DNA of 64,000 bases, taken from NCBI RefSeq assembly GCF_018350175.1, contig NC_058368.1:194062001-194126000 (forward strand). The letters are read 5' to 3'. Shown in pieces: positions 13,671 to 26,766 of the stretch (position 1 is its first letter; each line of letters opens with the position of its first letter). The translations under genes were made by a program, and so were the position numbers. This DNA is from Felis catus. Lineage: Eukaryota. The notes beneath the pieces were generated by a model that saw only the letters and a program-made list of their open reading frames with translations, was not told where the DNA came from and did no database searches.

Positions 13671-16573
13671 GTGCCTTACGTGACAACTTGTAACCCATAC
13701 ATTATCCATCTTAATGAACTTCACAAACTAATCCTGGTTACATTTATAGTTAATATATGATTAAGCTGCTAGTATACTGCTAACATGTGGTGGGGGGATT
13801 ACTATCTCTTCCCTATCCCCCAATTTGTCAAACGTACTTATGCAGTCTGGTGCCGACATCTGTTAGGATCCCAAAGGAGAGCCTCCCGTGCTCCCATATT
13901 TCAGAACAATTTTGAATGTGATACTTTTCCTTTTTCCTTTAGAATCCCCACCAGGCTATGCCCAGCCATGAATCTACAGTGCACTGTGTCTGGTGTGTAT
14001 TGTCAGCCGTTACTTGTCCACAGATCCCCACCTTCCTTTACTACCCAAAATATCCTCTTTCATCCTGGCTCTCCTTCTGATTATCTATACTCCCCCACTG
14101 TCCAGAAAGCAGTACTTTTTAGTTTAGTTTTTTTTTCTTTGAGTTTTGCTATAAAATCTCTGTGAAACCAGTAGTTTTTCTATTTATATATGTTGTAGTG
14201 ATGCCCATGGCATTCTGTGTAACAGACATGAATGTAACTGGCACACTCCAGACAGGAGGTGGTGCACAGGAAGTAGGGAAGGAGAGATAAGGCGTTTCAC
14301 AGTTTAACAGAATATAAGTGCTAGTACCTCATTTTAAAAAAACAAAAATAGCATTTTTATATATTGTCTTTTAAAAAGTTTTGTAAAAATTCACCTTTCA
14401 AAACAGGAAAAAATTAGTAGTCATACTGAAAAACATCCAAAGGATATAGTTTAGGTAGATAGCTGAGTACTTTGGAAGATGGGGTGGGAAAACACTGTTG
14501 TAGAAGTGAACACAGTTCTTGTGTTCCTGAGGAAGGTATAAGAGGGACAGAAGGCAGCAGGATCTGTTTCCTTTGTTTAGAGGCCCAGGAACAAATGAAG
14601 ATTTCACATTTGATCCCCTCAGCAATGTCAAGATGCCCTTGAAGAGGAATGAATGTGTCGTTTCCAAGCCTGCAGAGATTTTTACAGATGCCCAGAAACA
14701 ATGCCCAGAGCATTCTTCTCTTTCAAATTAGCATTTCTAAAGAATTGGTCACATTCAAATTCAGCCAATATTTATTATGGGCAAACTGTACATAAAGCAC
14801 TATACAAAACATTTTCACAATCATTTTACTTTTATAACAAGACTGTGAAGCAGGTGTTTAGTCAGCTAATATTCCTTCTTCCTTCCCTCCATCCCTTCCT
14901 TCCCAACATCTATAGTTCACTTCTTAGGTACCCAGTCACTAATAGAGAATCCCAAGGCACTCACTGTCCCTGCCCTCCCTGGTTCACAGCCTGCTAGGGG
15001 GATAGGGGTGGTGGAGCCCTTCCCATCACATACTTGGAACAGAATTGTATTGGGGAAGCCTGTGGCAGTTAGGATGTACATTTGACATGTTCCTTCAGAA
15101 TTTCTTATATCTCTATGGATTTTTTCCTACTTGTACTCACTTCAGTTCTCATGCATACTTTCCATAAAGCTTCCTTTCAAAACCCCAAATTCGCCATTTT
15201 TCGGCTCTACTCTCTGTTTCTGAAGAAGCTGGGCAGTGGTTCTGAGTCTTCTCAAAGAAATATCTGCGTTTCTCAAACTAGGCTATGGTTCCACAGCTTT
15301 CTGAAGTTGGAAGTTTTAAAGGCCAAGTATCCAGGGAGTTTGTACATTCCTGACATGGAGGTGTTTGCTTTGTTTTGTTTTAATCTTTTAATGGAAACTG
15401 TCAAGGAAAACAGGAAACTATCAAGGAAAATGTAGGCTTTCCAGATTGCTTCAAGACTGGTTATCTTTCTTTCCTCTGTTCTTTCCTACCACTTACCATT
15501 TTTTCTCAACTGGCTCAGAAAATTTACTCCCCTGAACCTTCATGTAATTGTTTTCCTCCAGTTTTATTGAGATACAGTCGATGCACAGCACTGTAGAAGT
15601 CACAGGTGTACAACATAATGATTTGACTTATATGTGGTGAAATAATTACCACAATTAGTTTTATTAATATCAGCCATCTCCTATAGATATAGGACCAAAA
15701 AAAGGAAAAGAAAAACATGTGTTTTTTTGTTGCGATGAAAACTCTTATGATCTACTCTAAAAACTTTTGTATATACATACAGCAGTGTTAACTGTGATCA
15801 TCATGTTGTACACTACATCCCTAGTACTTATAACTGGAAATTTGTACCTTTTGAATAACTTCTTTTATTTCCTCTTCCTCCACCACCCACCCCTGCTTCT
15901 GGTATTCACAGTTACGATCTCTGAGCTGTGTTTTGTTTTTTTTTTTTTTTTAAGATCCCCAATATAAATGATATCATATACTATTTGTCTTTCTTTGAAT
16001 ATTTCATTTAGAATAATGCCCTCAGGGTCCATCCTTGTTGTCACAAATGGCAACATTTCCTTTTTTTAATCACAGAATAATATTTTATCATATATATATA
16101 TATATATATATACATACCACAATTTCTTGATCCATTCATCTGCTGATGGACACTCAGATTGCTTCTATGTCTGGGTTATTATAAGTATTGCTTCCATAAA
16201 CATAATGGTACAGATATCTCTCCAACATAGTGTTTTTGTTTCCTTTAGTCATCCCCCAAAGTGGAATTGGTGGATTATATGCTCTTTAATTTTAGAGGAA
16301 CCTCCATACTGTTTTCAGTAGTGGCTCTACCAATTAATAATCCCTTCAACAGTGGGCAAGGGTTCCCTTTTCTCCACATCCTCATCAGCATTTGTTAGCT
16401 CTTGTCTTTTTGATGATAGCCATGCTAACAAGTGTGAGGTGATATCTCATTGTGGTTTTGATTTTCATTTCCCTGATGATTAGTGATGTTGACCACCTTT
16501 TCATGTACTTGCTAGCCATTTGTAGTAAAGTCTATTTTGGAAATTGTCTATTCAAGTCCTCTACCCATTTTTA

Positions 16574-16782
16574 TTTTTGTTAATGTTTATTTATTTTTGA
16601 GAGACAGAGACATGGCACGAGTGGGGGAGGGGCAGAGAGAGAGGGAGACACAGAATCTGAAGCAGGCTCCAGGCTCTGAGCTGTCAGCACAGAGCCCGAT
16701 GTGGGGCTCGGACACATGAGCTGTGAGATCATGACCTGAGCTGAAGTCAGATGCTCAGACGACAGAGCCAGCCAGGCACCCC
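16574..16782 (-). mobile_element. CanSINE
   Basis: Full-length; TSD tcctct(a/g)cccattttta at 16557 and 16784. Confidence 0.95.
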
Positions 16783-16956
16783 ATCCTCTGCCCATTTTTA
16801 GAACTGGATTGTTTTCTTTTTTCTTTTTTGAATTATATGCATTCCTTATATATTTTGGATATTAACCCCTTATCCAACAGGTCATTTGCAAACATTTTCC
16901 CCATTCCATTGGTTGTTCATTAATTTTGTTTATCATTTAAAAAGGCAAAAGCTTTT

Positions 16957-17183
16957 TTTTTATTTTTATTTTTTATTTTTTGAGAGAGAGCGCACACACA
17001 TACATGTGAATGGGGGTGGGGCAGAGAGAGAATCTTAAGCAGGCTCCGTACCCAGCATAGAGCCTCATGAAGTGTGGCTTGATGCAGGGCTTGACATGGA
17101 GCTCGATCTCACAACCATGAGACCATGACCTGAGCCGAAATCAAGAGTTGGATGCTTAACTGACTGAGGCACCCAGGCACCCC
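16957..17183 (-). mobile_element. CanSINE (older subtype with internal short repeats)
   Basis: Head cacccaggcacccc ending 17183; gcaaaagcttttt present on both sides. Confidence 0.92.
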
Positions 17184-17990
17184 ATGCCATGCATGCAAAA
17201 GCTTTTTAGTTTTATGTAGTCATTGTTATTTATTTTTTATTTTGTCGCTTGTGCTTTATTTCTGGGCTATCATTTCTATTGGTCTTATGTGTGTTTTAAT
17301 GCCAGCACTACTGTTGTGATTACTATAGCTTTATAATATAGCTTGAGATCAGGAAGGACGAAGCCTCCAACTTTGTTCTTTTTTCTCAAGGTTGCTTTGG
17401 CTATTTGGGGTCATTGTGTTTCATATAAATTTTAGAATATTTTCCTACTTCTATAAAAATCGCTAGACTCTTTATAGGAATTGCATTGAATCTATAGATG
17501 ATTTAGGATAGTATGGACATTTTAACAATATTAATTGTTCTAATCCATGAGCACAAGAGATCTTTGCATTTATTTCTGTCTTCAAATTCTTTCATCAAAT
17601 ATCTTTAGTGCAGAGATTTTTCACCTCCTTGGTTTAATTTATTCCTAAGTATTTTATTATTTTTGATGGGATTGTTTTCTTTATTCCCTTTTCAGATACT
17701 CTTGAACTGTTAATATCAATGTGGGGATATAAGCTAAAAGTAAACCAAATTTATGATGAGTCTCACATAAGGTGCAAGCTTGTATGAAACTGTGATGAGC
17801 TCCCAAAAGAGCAGCAACCACAACAGTAATGACAACTCCATCACCACCCTAGTGCAGACACCTGTATTCCTAGAGACAAATAAATAAGTAAATAAGTAAA
17901 TAAATAAAATCCCAGGATATAAGGTTAGAGAAGAGTCAAAAAAAAGGTCAGGGTGAAAGTGATTGAGGAGAAAGACCAACCTACAGCTCT

Positions 17991-18235
17991 TTTTTTTTTT
18001 TTTTTTTTAATTTTTTAAAAATTTTTTTTTCCAACGTTTATTTATTTTTGGGACAGAGAGAGACAGAGCATGAACGGGGGAGGGGCAGAGAGAGAGGGAG
18101 ACACAGAATCGGAAACAGGCTCCAGGCTCTGAGCCATCAGCCCAGAGCCTGACGCGGGGCTCGAACTCACGGACCGCGAGATCGTGACCTGGCTGAAGTC
18201 GGACGCTTAACCGACTGCACCACCCAGGCGCCCCC
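17991..18235 (-). mobile_element. Young felid CanSINE (SINEC_Fc-like)
   Basis: CpGs intact, long A tail, TSD tacagctcttttt at 17982 and 18237. Confidence 0.97.
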
Positions 18236-18272
18236 ATACAGCTCTTTTTTAAAAGACCAGTCTACAGCTCTT

Positions 18273-18321
18273 TTTTAAAATATAATTTATTGTCAAACAG
18301 GCTTATGTAAAACACCCACTG
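18273..18321 (-). mobile_element. About 50-bp L1 3'-end micro-insertion
   Basis: Reverse complement agtgggtgttttacataagcctgtttgacaataaattatattttaaaa resembles the L1 tail at 10690-10790; exact TSD cagtctacagctctt at 18258-18272 and 18322-18336. Confidence 0.8.
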
Positions 18322-18966
18322 CAGTCTACAGCTCTTAAAGTAACTTCAGCCCGTGTTCTGGTCCATTGGATTCTACGAGACAGGAGTTCCTCTCTGTAGT
18401 TTTCGTTGATGAACATTCCTACATAAAACCTTTGTTATTTGGACTGATTCTGTTTTCTACTGCTGGGGATCTCATTCCTAACACCAACAATGAACCTCAT
18501 TCTTACTCAGCTAAATCCACCTTCCTGACTTCCAGGGGAAAATACAACAGGTCACTTTAGTTAGTAGTTGGGACTTATATTCAACTCTGCATCGCATCCC
18601 ATTTTTGCTAGTTACCATGAATCTCACCTCCTGAAACAGCTGGCTTGATCCTGGGGCCATGACTTCTGCTTTTCTGTATATTCTGTATTTATTCTTTGGT
18701 ATAGGTTATGAAGCATGTGATTGCTGAGTGTTCAGTGGTGCTACATACACTCTAGGGTCTGGACCCTCATTATTCGCCTTCTATAGTGAATTCATCGCAT
18801 CTTTATATTTACTTCATGGGAAAACTTTAAGCTGGACTTTCTTGAGCAAAGTACAACTCTTCTACTTCATTTGAACTTCACCTCAGCAAACATGGCTGTA
18901 AAGTGCACCATATGGACTCATAAATCCTTCAGGCAAGCAATGACCTTTTTGAATTTGCCACCCTGC

Positions 18967-19518
18967 TGTAGAGCCAGACTGCCCTAAAATATGCCACTTT
19001 GGCATACTGATAGTTTTAAATAAAAGTTACTTAAGAGATAGCCTATGCAGGAAGGGCACTCAGACTCTCCTCTGGTCCCCTGAAAGCAGGAAATAAATCT
19101 CCCATGTGATACCCTCCCTGTACTAGGAGGTAAAGAGATGTCCTTATCAATGATAAGAAATTTCGAGTCCAGAAGTCTATATAAACAACCCTGTTACTTT
19201 TTACTAATTGACCACTCCAGCCCAAATTCTGTTTAGAATTTCTTACTAATTGAACTAATTTGAGGTTCCTAAAGCTAAGTTTTGTTTTGTTTTGTTTTGT
19301 TTTGTTTTGTCCTGTCAATTCCTTACAGATTTACTGTCTCTGTCTAAAAAGTATAAGAACTGTCTGCCTTGGTCACTTCTTTAGGTCTTGATTTCATAAT
19401 GGGGCCTCCATGTGCATGTAATAAAACTTGTCTCTCCTATTAATCTGTCTCATGTAAATTTAATTCTTAGTTCAGCTGGAAGACCTTGAGTGTAGAGAAG
19501 AATTTTTCTTTCCCTTCA
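18967..19518 (+). mobile_element. ERV1-type solo LTR (MER34-like/carnivore LTR)
   Basis: TG...CA termini, aaaatatgccactttggcata motif, TATA-like and aataaa signals, near-TSD ctgc/ctgt. Confidence 0.85.
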
Positions 19519-20443
19519 CTGTTAAGAATCTGATACTTGCCTTAAAGGTAGATTGATTTGAATGTCCAGGAAATCATACAGCTTTTCCCTTTTTCTTTAG
19601 ATTTGCTCAGAGTTCCCTCTTTGTACATCAAAATTATTGTATGAGGTTGGTTACATAAGCTAATATGTCTACTCTAGGAGTGACTTCAAGAATTTTAAGA
19701 GCACTTTTTTTTCCCCCTGGGGTTTTTTTTTTTTTTCATTATCTCCAATTCAGATCCAAACCTGTGAAATGTAGCTCCATTGTATGTCCTGCACATTCTC
19801 TCTGGCTTTTCCTTGAAACATTACTGTCCCCCACCCAGCCTAGAGCATCATTTCTGTTCTGTTGATCCCCCAGCATCTGTGTTGGTGTCTGAATTATAGG
19901 TCTCTCATTCCACCTTACCTCAACTGCTAGTGATTGAGGGCATGCCTCACATTTCCACTAGACTACTAGAAAGCTCTTTGAGGTCACTTTGCTTTCCTTG
20001 GAGTGCCCAACACTGGCCTATGTCTGAATGCATATTTATTGAATTTAAAACAATAAATGTATATGCTAGAAATAGGGAAATTTCCTAGCTCATTTAAACT
20101 CAGGCAATTTCCATGTAAATAATTTCAGAGGATCAGTCCAGATACTCCTGGTTGATTAATTTTCTGTGTAAAAAAATATTTACTTTGGCGGTTTAGATTG
20201 AGGTTCTTTTTCTAAATAGCTATCATATAACTAATGTCTGCAAAATTGACATCAACCTATTATGAATGTTGTGATAAACATAATATGAACACACTGCATA
20301 GACATCAGAAGATTGGCATTCTAGTTTCAGCGCTGACACCACGTGAGTTCCTTCTTATTTCTGAGCCTTAGCTGTCTTAAATATAAAATGAAAAGAAGAT
20401 GCTATGCAGCGCCTTCCTTATGGTTCTGAAGTATCTCTCAAAT

Positions 20444-20840
20444 CAGTTGTTCTCAATGCCAGTTTCATATCAGAGTGTCCATGGAGGTTTAATTTAAAAA
20501 ACAAAATAGGTGAGTCACCCAGGTGGCTCAGTGAAGCATCCGACTCTTGATTTCAGCTAAACTCATGATCTATACAGTTCATGAGCTCAAGCCCTCCTTG
20601 GGCTCTGTGCTGACAGCGTTAAGGCTGCTTGGAATTCTCTATTTCCTCTCTCTCTGCCCCTCCCTCCCTCTCTCTGTCTCCAAAATAAATAAATAAACTT
20701 AAAACAAAAACAAAAATGAAACCCAGACGTCCAAGTTGTTTGTCCAGAGATTCCGATTCCAGTTTGTTTGAGGTTGGGGCACTATCATTTAAGTAGCATC
20801 TCGGGTTAGTGTAGTGTGCATGCAGGTTTGGCAGCAACTG
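20444..20840. mobile_element. hAT-Charlie MER5-like element split by a SINE
   Basis: Termini cagttgttctcaa ... ttggcagcaactg; ccagagattccgattc interior. Confidence 0.7.
20512..20716 (+). mobile_element. CanSINE
   Basis: cacccaggtggctcag...catccgactcttgatttcagc, CT tract, aaataaataaataaac tail. Confidence 0.92.
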
Positions 20841-22160
20841 TTTTAAATGAAAAGGAAATGAATATATATTCCACTCACATGAGGGGTCATAGTCTGAAGC
20901 AGTAGAATGCAAAATCTCAATTTCTTTGAAATATCAAAATGTATCTTAAAAGTAGCCTCCAATTGTTTATTTTATTGAAAAAATACTGAAAATATTGAAA
21001 CTATATATTTATTTTACTCCAAAATTTATGTTTAAATTACTCATTATTGAATAAAATTTCTTTTCCAGAATGATGTACACTGTTTCCCTGTAGCTTTGTA
21101 TATCCTATGGGATACACCATTGGGATACATACACTCCAGGATGAGAAACACAGGGCTTGATAATCTCAGAGATGATTTTCAGTTCAAACACCTATTCAGA
21201 AATATTTGGAAGTGGATTCATATTACACAATTTTACAGAGTGGTTTCTACTCTCTGGATCTTGCATATAAAATAACACTTGCATTGCCCATGCCTACATA
21301 GTGAAATGAGGCATTGAGAAATTCTTTTAATTAGTGTCTAATTAACTCTGAGCTGCTAGCAGGTAACATAATATTGATTTTATTATATTAGATATCATAC
21401 TTTCAAGAGCTAACTCTATATAAATAGGAAATTCTCTGAAAGCATTGGCAGCTATGATGGAATCCAAAAGTGTGTTCACAGTCTCTCTCTAATTCATTCC
21501 AACCCTCTCTGGAAGAATATCCTGCCTTTCCAGACTGATTTTTAAAGTTTTGTAATATAGAAGTAAGCGAATAGGCTAATAAAGATAAAACCAAAAAGGA
21601 AAAAGAGGAGAGGAAAGGTTTAATAAATTTCTAGGTTCACTGATATAATATACAAGAAAAAAAAAGAAAAGAAAAAACACCACCCATACTCTTAGAGCAT
21701 TACATAGAAGAGGCTTGTAAAGGAGAAAAAGCTACATTAGTAGAGTTATAGGAATGGAGTTTTCTTTAATGTCTCTTGAGAGACATATAAGATTTACAAT
21801 ATTTAAAAGTTAATTTTGACTCAACTATTTCCATGTTAGTTACTTAGGGGCAGAGGCTCAGCCATGTGATCAATTATTTTTTAAGGGTTTCACAGCCTTT
21901 TAAACATCAGTAGATTAAAATGAAAATAGTGTAATTCAAGGTCAGTGGGACAGATTCTGATGGTGTAGGGGGCGGTTCACAGTAGTGACTCTAGGGAGTA
22001 CACAACTCTGAAGATAAGTTCTGACTCTATGTGGTTGATTTTTGCTATTTTCCCTGTGTGGGTTAGGACCCCTGGATTCACAGTGAGATTAGAGTTTGTG
22101 TGAGGCCAGGACAGTTGTCAGCCAAGCAAGCAGAGACTACTAGGAGTTCTTAAAAGTTCC

Positions 22161-22464
22161 TATGATTTCGCTCATATGTGGAATTTGAGAAACTCAACAG
22201 ATGAACATCGGGGAAGGTAAGGAAAAATAATATAAATATAGAGAGGGAGGCAAACCATAAGAGACTCTTAAATACATAGAACAAACTGAGAGTTTCTGAG
22301 GGGGATGGGTAGAGGGATGGGTTAAATGGGTGATGGGCATTAAGGCAGGTACTCATTGGGATGAGCACTGAGTGTCCTATGTAAGAGATGAATCACTGGG
22401 TTCTAATCCTGAAGCCAAGACTATACTGAATGTTAACTAACTTGAATTTAAATTAAAAAAAAAA
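22161..22464 (+). mobile_element. 5'-truncated carnivore L1 3' end
   Basis: ctcatatgtggaatttgagaaac...gggatgagcactg...gttaactaacttgaatttaaattaaaaaa. Confidence 0.93.
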
Positions 22465-22556
22465 GTATGCTATCGGGCCAACTCTCTTGAGGTGGCAACT
22501 GCCTACTGTCATTGAGGGTTTCATGGCAGCCATATCTGATAGGCTCGCACAGACCA

Positions 22557-22662
22557 AAAACAAAACAAAACAAAACCCCAAAACAACAAAAACAAACAAC
22601 CCCCCAAACCCCAAAACAAAACAAAACAAAACAAAACAAAACAAAACAAAACAAAAAAACAA
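22557..22662. repeat. (AAAAC)n imperfect repeat
   Basis: Direct inspection; explains the FCFVL/TKQNK ORFs. Confidence 0.93.
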
Positions 22663-23804
22663 CCATAACAGAAAAATCTAACATGTGGGCCATCTATGGT
22701 TGCCAGTTGCCAGTCCTGGATTCTGCCATGCATTTTCCTAAAATATTTTGTTTCCTAACAATTCTGTGTTTTTATGTGCCCCAAACATACAGTACTTCTT
22801 TTATTCTCTGTTACAGATTCCCTTTAATGCCAAAATGCAGTGAAACTATAATATAAAAAAAGGCAGGAAATATGAAAGTAAAAGGGGTTCAATATTTTAA
22901 AAAATCAGTGTCATGAAGTAGAGTAAGAGATACATTCCTAGAGTCAAGTCAGTGAGTTTCACATCAAACAATGGACTGTTGACATATGCAAAGAAAATCA
23001 CAGTTTAGCACCTGTCCTACTATTATGTATGTACATGGTTTATTTGGCACAGCAGTCACCCCAGATCTGATGTTTCCATAAATGACACTCAAAACACTCA
23101 TTTTGAATGAAAATCACTCATCATACCAAGAATCAGGAATATATAAAACTGAATTATAGATTTTTTGGATGATACCACCAAGATGACAAAAATGCTAGAG
23201 TCATATGACAAAATTTAAGAGCAGCCATCTGAGAAATGCTTCAATAATCATGAACATCTTTGAAACAAATAAAAATATAAAATTTCTTAGCAAGAAAACA
23301 GAAAATATGAGTAGAACCAAACAAATCTTAATACTTAAAAATATAGTAACAACAGCAACAATAAAAACTTCAATGGATATGGTCACTAGCAAATAGAAGA
23401 GACAGCAAAGAATCTGTGCACTTGATGCTGAAGCAATAGTAATGACAGAATCAGAACCACAGAGAAAAGGTAAGCTTGAAAAGAAAAAAGAAAGACTAAA
23501 GAACATATGAGAATATAAGAAAAGATCTAATATTCCTCTTACTGAATTCCTGGAAGAGGGGAGAAAAACAGAAAAACTGATAAAATAATTTGAAACTTCC
23601 CAAATTTGGCAAAAGATGTTAAGTATACAGATTCAAGAAACTTAACTGCAAACAGCATAAAACTAGAGAAATACACACCAAGACCCACTATAGTTAAATT
23701 TCTACAAACTAGAGACAAATTTAAAAATATGGGGAAAGGAACCAAAGAAAGAGAAAATTTACTTAACTGTAGAGGGAAAGCCCTCTAAATGACAGCAAGT
23801 TTCT

Positions 23805-24181
23805 TTTTTTTAATTTAATTTTTTATTAAAAAAAATTTACATCCAAATTAGCATATAGTGCAATAATGATTTCAGGAGTAGATTCCTTAATACCTCTTAC
23901 CAATTTAGCCCATCCCCCCTCCCACAATCCCTCCAGTAACCCACAGTTTGCTCTCCATATTTATGAGTCTCTTCTGTCTTGTCCCCCTCCCTGTTTTTAC
24001 ATTATTTTTGTTTCCCTTCCCTTATGTTCATCTGTTTTGTCTCTTAGAGTCCTCATATGAGTGAAGTCATATGATTTTTGTCTTTCTCTGACTAATTTCA
24101 CTTAGCATCATACCCTCCAATTCCATCCACATAGTTGCAAATGGCAAGATTTCATTCTTTTTTGATTGCCGAGTAATACTC

Positions 24182-24242
<61 letters not shown>

Positions 24243-25877
24243 ATATCTTCTTTATCCATTCATCCATCGGTGGACGTTTGGGCTCTTTCCATACTTTGGC
24301 TATTGTTAGACATGGGGGTGCATATGTACCTTCAAAACAGCACACCTGTATCCCTTGTAGTAAATGCCTAGTAGTATAATTGCTGGGTCATAGGGTAGTT
24401 CTATTTTTAGTTTTTTTGAGGAACCTTCATACTGTTTTCCAGAGTGGCTGCACCAGCTTTCATTCCCACCAACAATGCAAAAGAGATCCTCTTTCTCTGC
24501 ATCCTCGCCAACATCTGTTGTTGCCTGAATTGTTAATGTTAGCCATTCTGACAGGTGTAAGGTGGTATCTCATTGTGGTTTTGATTTGTATTTCCCTGAT
24601 GATGAGTGATGTTGAGCATTTTTTCATGGGTCAGTTAGCCATCTGGATGTCTTCTTTGGAGAAGTGTCTATTCATGTATTTTGCCCATTTCTTCACTGGA
24701 TTATTTGTTTTTTGGGTGTTGAGTTTGATAAGTTCTTTATAGATTTTAGATACTAACCCTTTCTCTGATATGTCATTTGCAAATATCTCCTCCCATTCTG
24801 TTGGTTGCCTTTTAGTTTTGCTGATTGTTTCCTGTGCTGTGCAGAAGCTTTTTATTTTGATGAGGTCCCAGTAGTTCATTTTTGCTTTTGTTTCCCTTGC
24901 CTCTGGAAACATGTTGAGTAAGACGTTGCTGCGGCCAATGTCAAAGAGGTTTTTGCCTGCTTTCTCTTCGAGGATTTTGATGGCTTCCTGTCTTATATTG
25001 AGGTCTCTCATCCATTGTGAGTTTATTTTTGTTTACGGTGTAAGAAAGTGGTCCAGTTCATTCTTCTGCATGTCGCTGTCCAGTTTTCCCAGTACCACTT
25101 GCTAAAGAGACTGTCTTTATTCCATTGGATATTTTTCCTGCTTTGTCAAAGTATAGTTGGCCATATGTTTGTGGGTCCATTTCTGGGTTCTCTATTCTGT
25201 TCCATTGATCTGAATGTCTGTTCTTGTGCCAGTACCATACTGTCTTGATGATTACAGCTTTGTAGTATAGCTTGAAGTCTGGGATTGTGATGCCTCCTGC
25301 TTTGGTTTTCTTTTTCAAGATTGCTTTGGCTATTCAGGGTCTTTTCTGGTTCCATACAAATTTTAGAATTATTTTTTCTAGCTCTGAAGAATGCTGGTGT
25401 TATTTTGATAGGGATTGCATTGAATGTGTAGATTGCTTTGAGTAGTATAGACATTTTAACAATATTTGTTCTTCCTATCCAGGAGCATGGAATCTTTTTC
25501 CATTTTTTTTTGTGTCTTCTTCAATTTCTTTCATAAGCTTTCTATAGTTTTCAGAGTATAGATTTTTCACCTCTTTGGTTAGATGTATTCCTAGGCATTT
25601 TATTATTTTTTTGCGCAACTGTAAATGAGATCAATTCCTTGATTTCTCTTTCTGTCACTTCATTGTTGGTGTATAGGAATGCAACCGATTTCTGTGCATT
25701 GACTTTATATCCTGCAACTTTGCTGAATTCATGAATCAATTATAGCAGTTTTTTGGTGGGATCTTTTGGGTTTTCCATACAGAGTATCATGTCATCTGTG
25801 AAGAGTGAAAGTTTGACCTCCTCCTGGCTGATTTGGATGCCTTTTATTTCTTTGTGTTGTCTGATTGCAGAGGCTAA
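23805..25877 (-). mobile_element. 5'-truncated carnivore/felid LINE-1 (about 2.1 kb)
   Basis: ORF2p peptides [49 protein letters not shown] ctaaatga(c/a)agc..tttct at 23785 and 25874. Confidence 0.96.
24187..24240. repeat. (TA)27 microsatellite inside L1
   Basis: Perfect TA run. Confidence 0.97.
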
Positions 25878-26307
25878 ATGAAAGCAGATTTCTCATCATA
25901 ATCTATGAAGGCCAAAGGAATTATCATCATATTTTCAAGTCCTGAAAGAAAAGCCAACCAAAAATTCTACATCCAGTAAAAATATCATTTTTCCCCAAGA
26001 AAAAAAAAAGGGAAAATCAAGATATTTTCAGATGAAATAGAATTAACAGAACTTGTTCCAAGAAAACTTACCCTAAAAGAAAGGAAATTTCTTTAAATAG
26101 AAAGGAAATGATAAAAGAAGGACTTATGGGATATCATAAAGGAAGAAAGAACAAGTTAAGCTAGAAATGTGGATAAATACAATGATTGTTTTCTTCTTCT
26201 TGAACTTTCTATGTTGTTTGACAGTTGAAGCAAAAATTATAACACTGTTTGATGTGGTTTTAAATGTATTAAAGAAAATATTTAAGACAATTATATGTAA
26301 AAAGAAT

Positions 26308-26766
26308 TACTATGGATTGAATTGTGCTGTCCCCCTCCCCCCAATTAATATGTTTAAGCCCTCTCCCAACGTGAATATATTTAGAGATAAACCTTTGAGA
26401 GATTATTAGTTTAGATGAAGTCATAAGGATGGGGCCCTCATGATGAAATCAGTGCCCTTATGAAAAGAGACACCAGAGTGTGTGAGCTCTCTCTGTCCCT
26501 GCTCTCAGTCTCTTATCTCTTCAGAGTCCTCTCTCTTCTCCCCACTCTCCCACTTCTCCTCACCCTCTTTTTTTTTCTCTCCCTGACATGTGAAGACATA
26601 ATGTAAAGGTGGCTTTCTGCAAATCAGGAAGGCAGCCCTTACCAGAACCAGACCATGCTGGGACCCTAATCTCAGACAGCTAGTCTCAATAACTTTGAGA
26701 AATACATTTCTATAGTTTAAGCCACCCTAAGTTATTTTGTTATGGCAGCCCTAGCTGACTAAGACA
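26308..26766 (+). mobile_element. ERVL-MaLR solo LTR (MLT1A-like)
   Basis: tatggattgaattgtg start; gcccttatgaaaagagacaccagag; end ttttgttatggcagccctagctgactaagaca. Confidence 0.9.

Larger units (their letters stand above)
15551..17700 (-). mobile_element. 5'-truncated LINE-1 (3' UTR plus ORF2 C-terminus) with two nested SINEs
   Basis: Minus peptide MLPFVTTRMDPEGIILNEI (ORF2p C-terminus); typical 3' UTR ttttattgagatacag. Confidence 0.92.
17705..18483 (+). mobile_element. Possible ancient LTR remnant hosting the SINE/L1 insertions
   Basis: LTR-like 3' end (cataaaacctttgttatttggactg...cattcctaaca); family not identified. Confidence 0.3.

Noticed and set aside
13785..14165. 126-aa ORF; region 13688-14224 also considered as numt or old LTR
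   Set aside because: No convincing protein, mitochondrial or LTR-family match by eye.
17971..18340. Spaced direct repeats resembling a CRISPR array
   Set aside because: Eukaryotic DNA; irregular spacers are retroelements and the repeats are TSDs.
22448..22856. Cluster of overlapping low-complexity ORFs
   Set aside because: Produced by the (AAAAC)n repeat.
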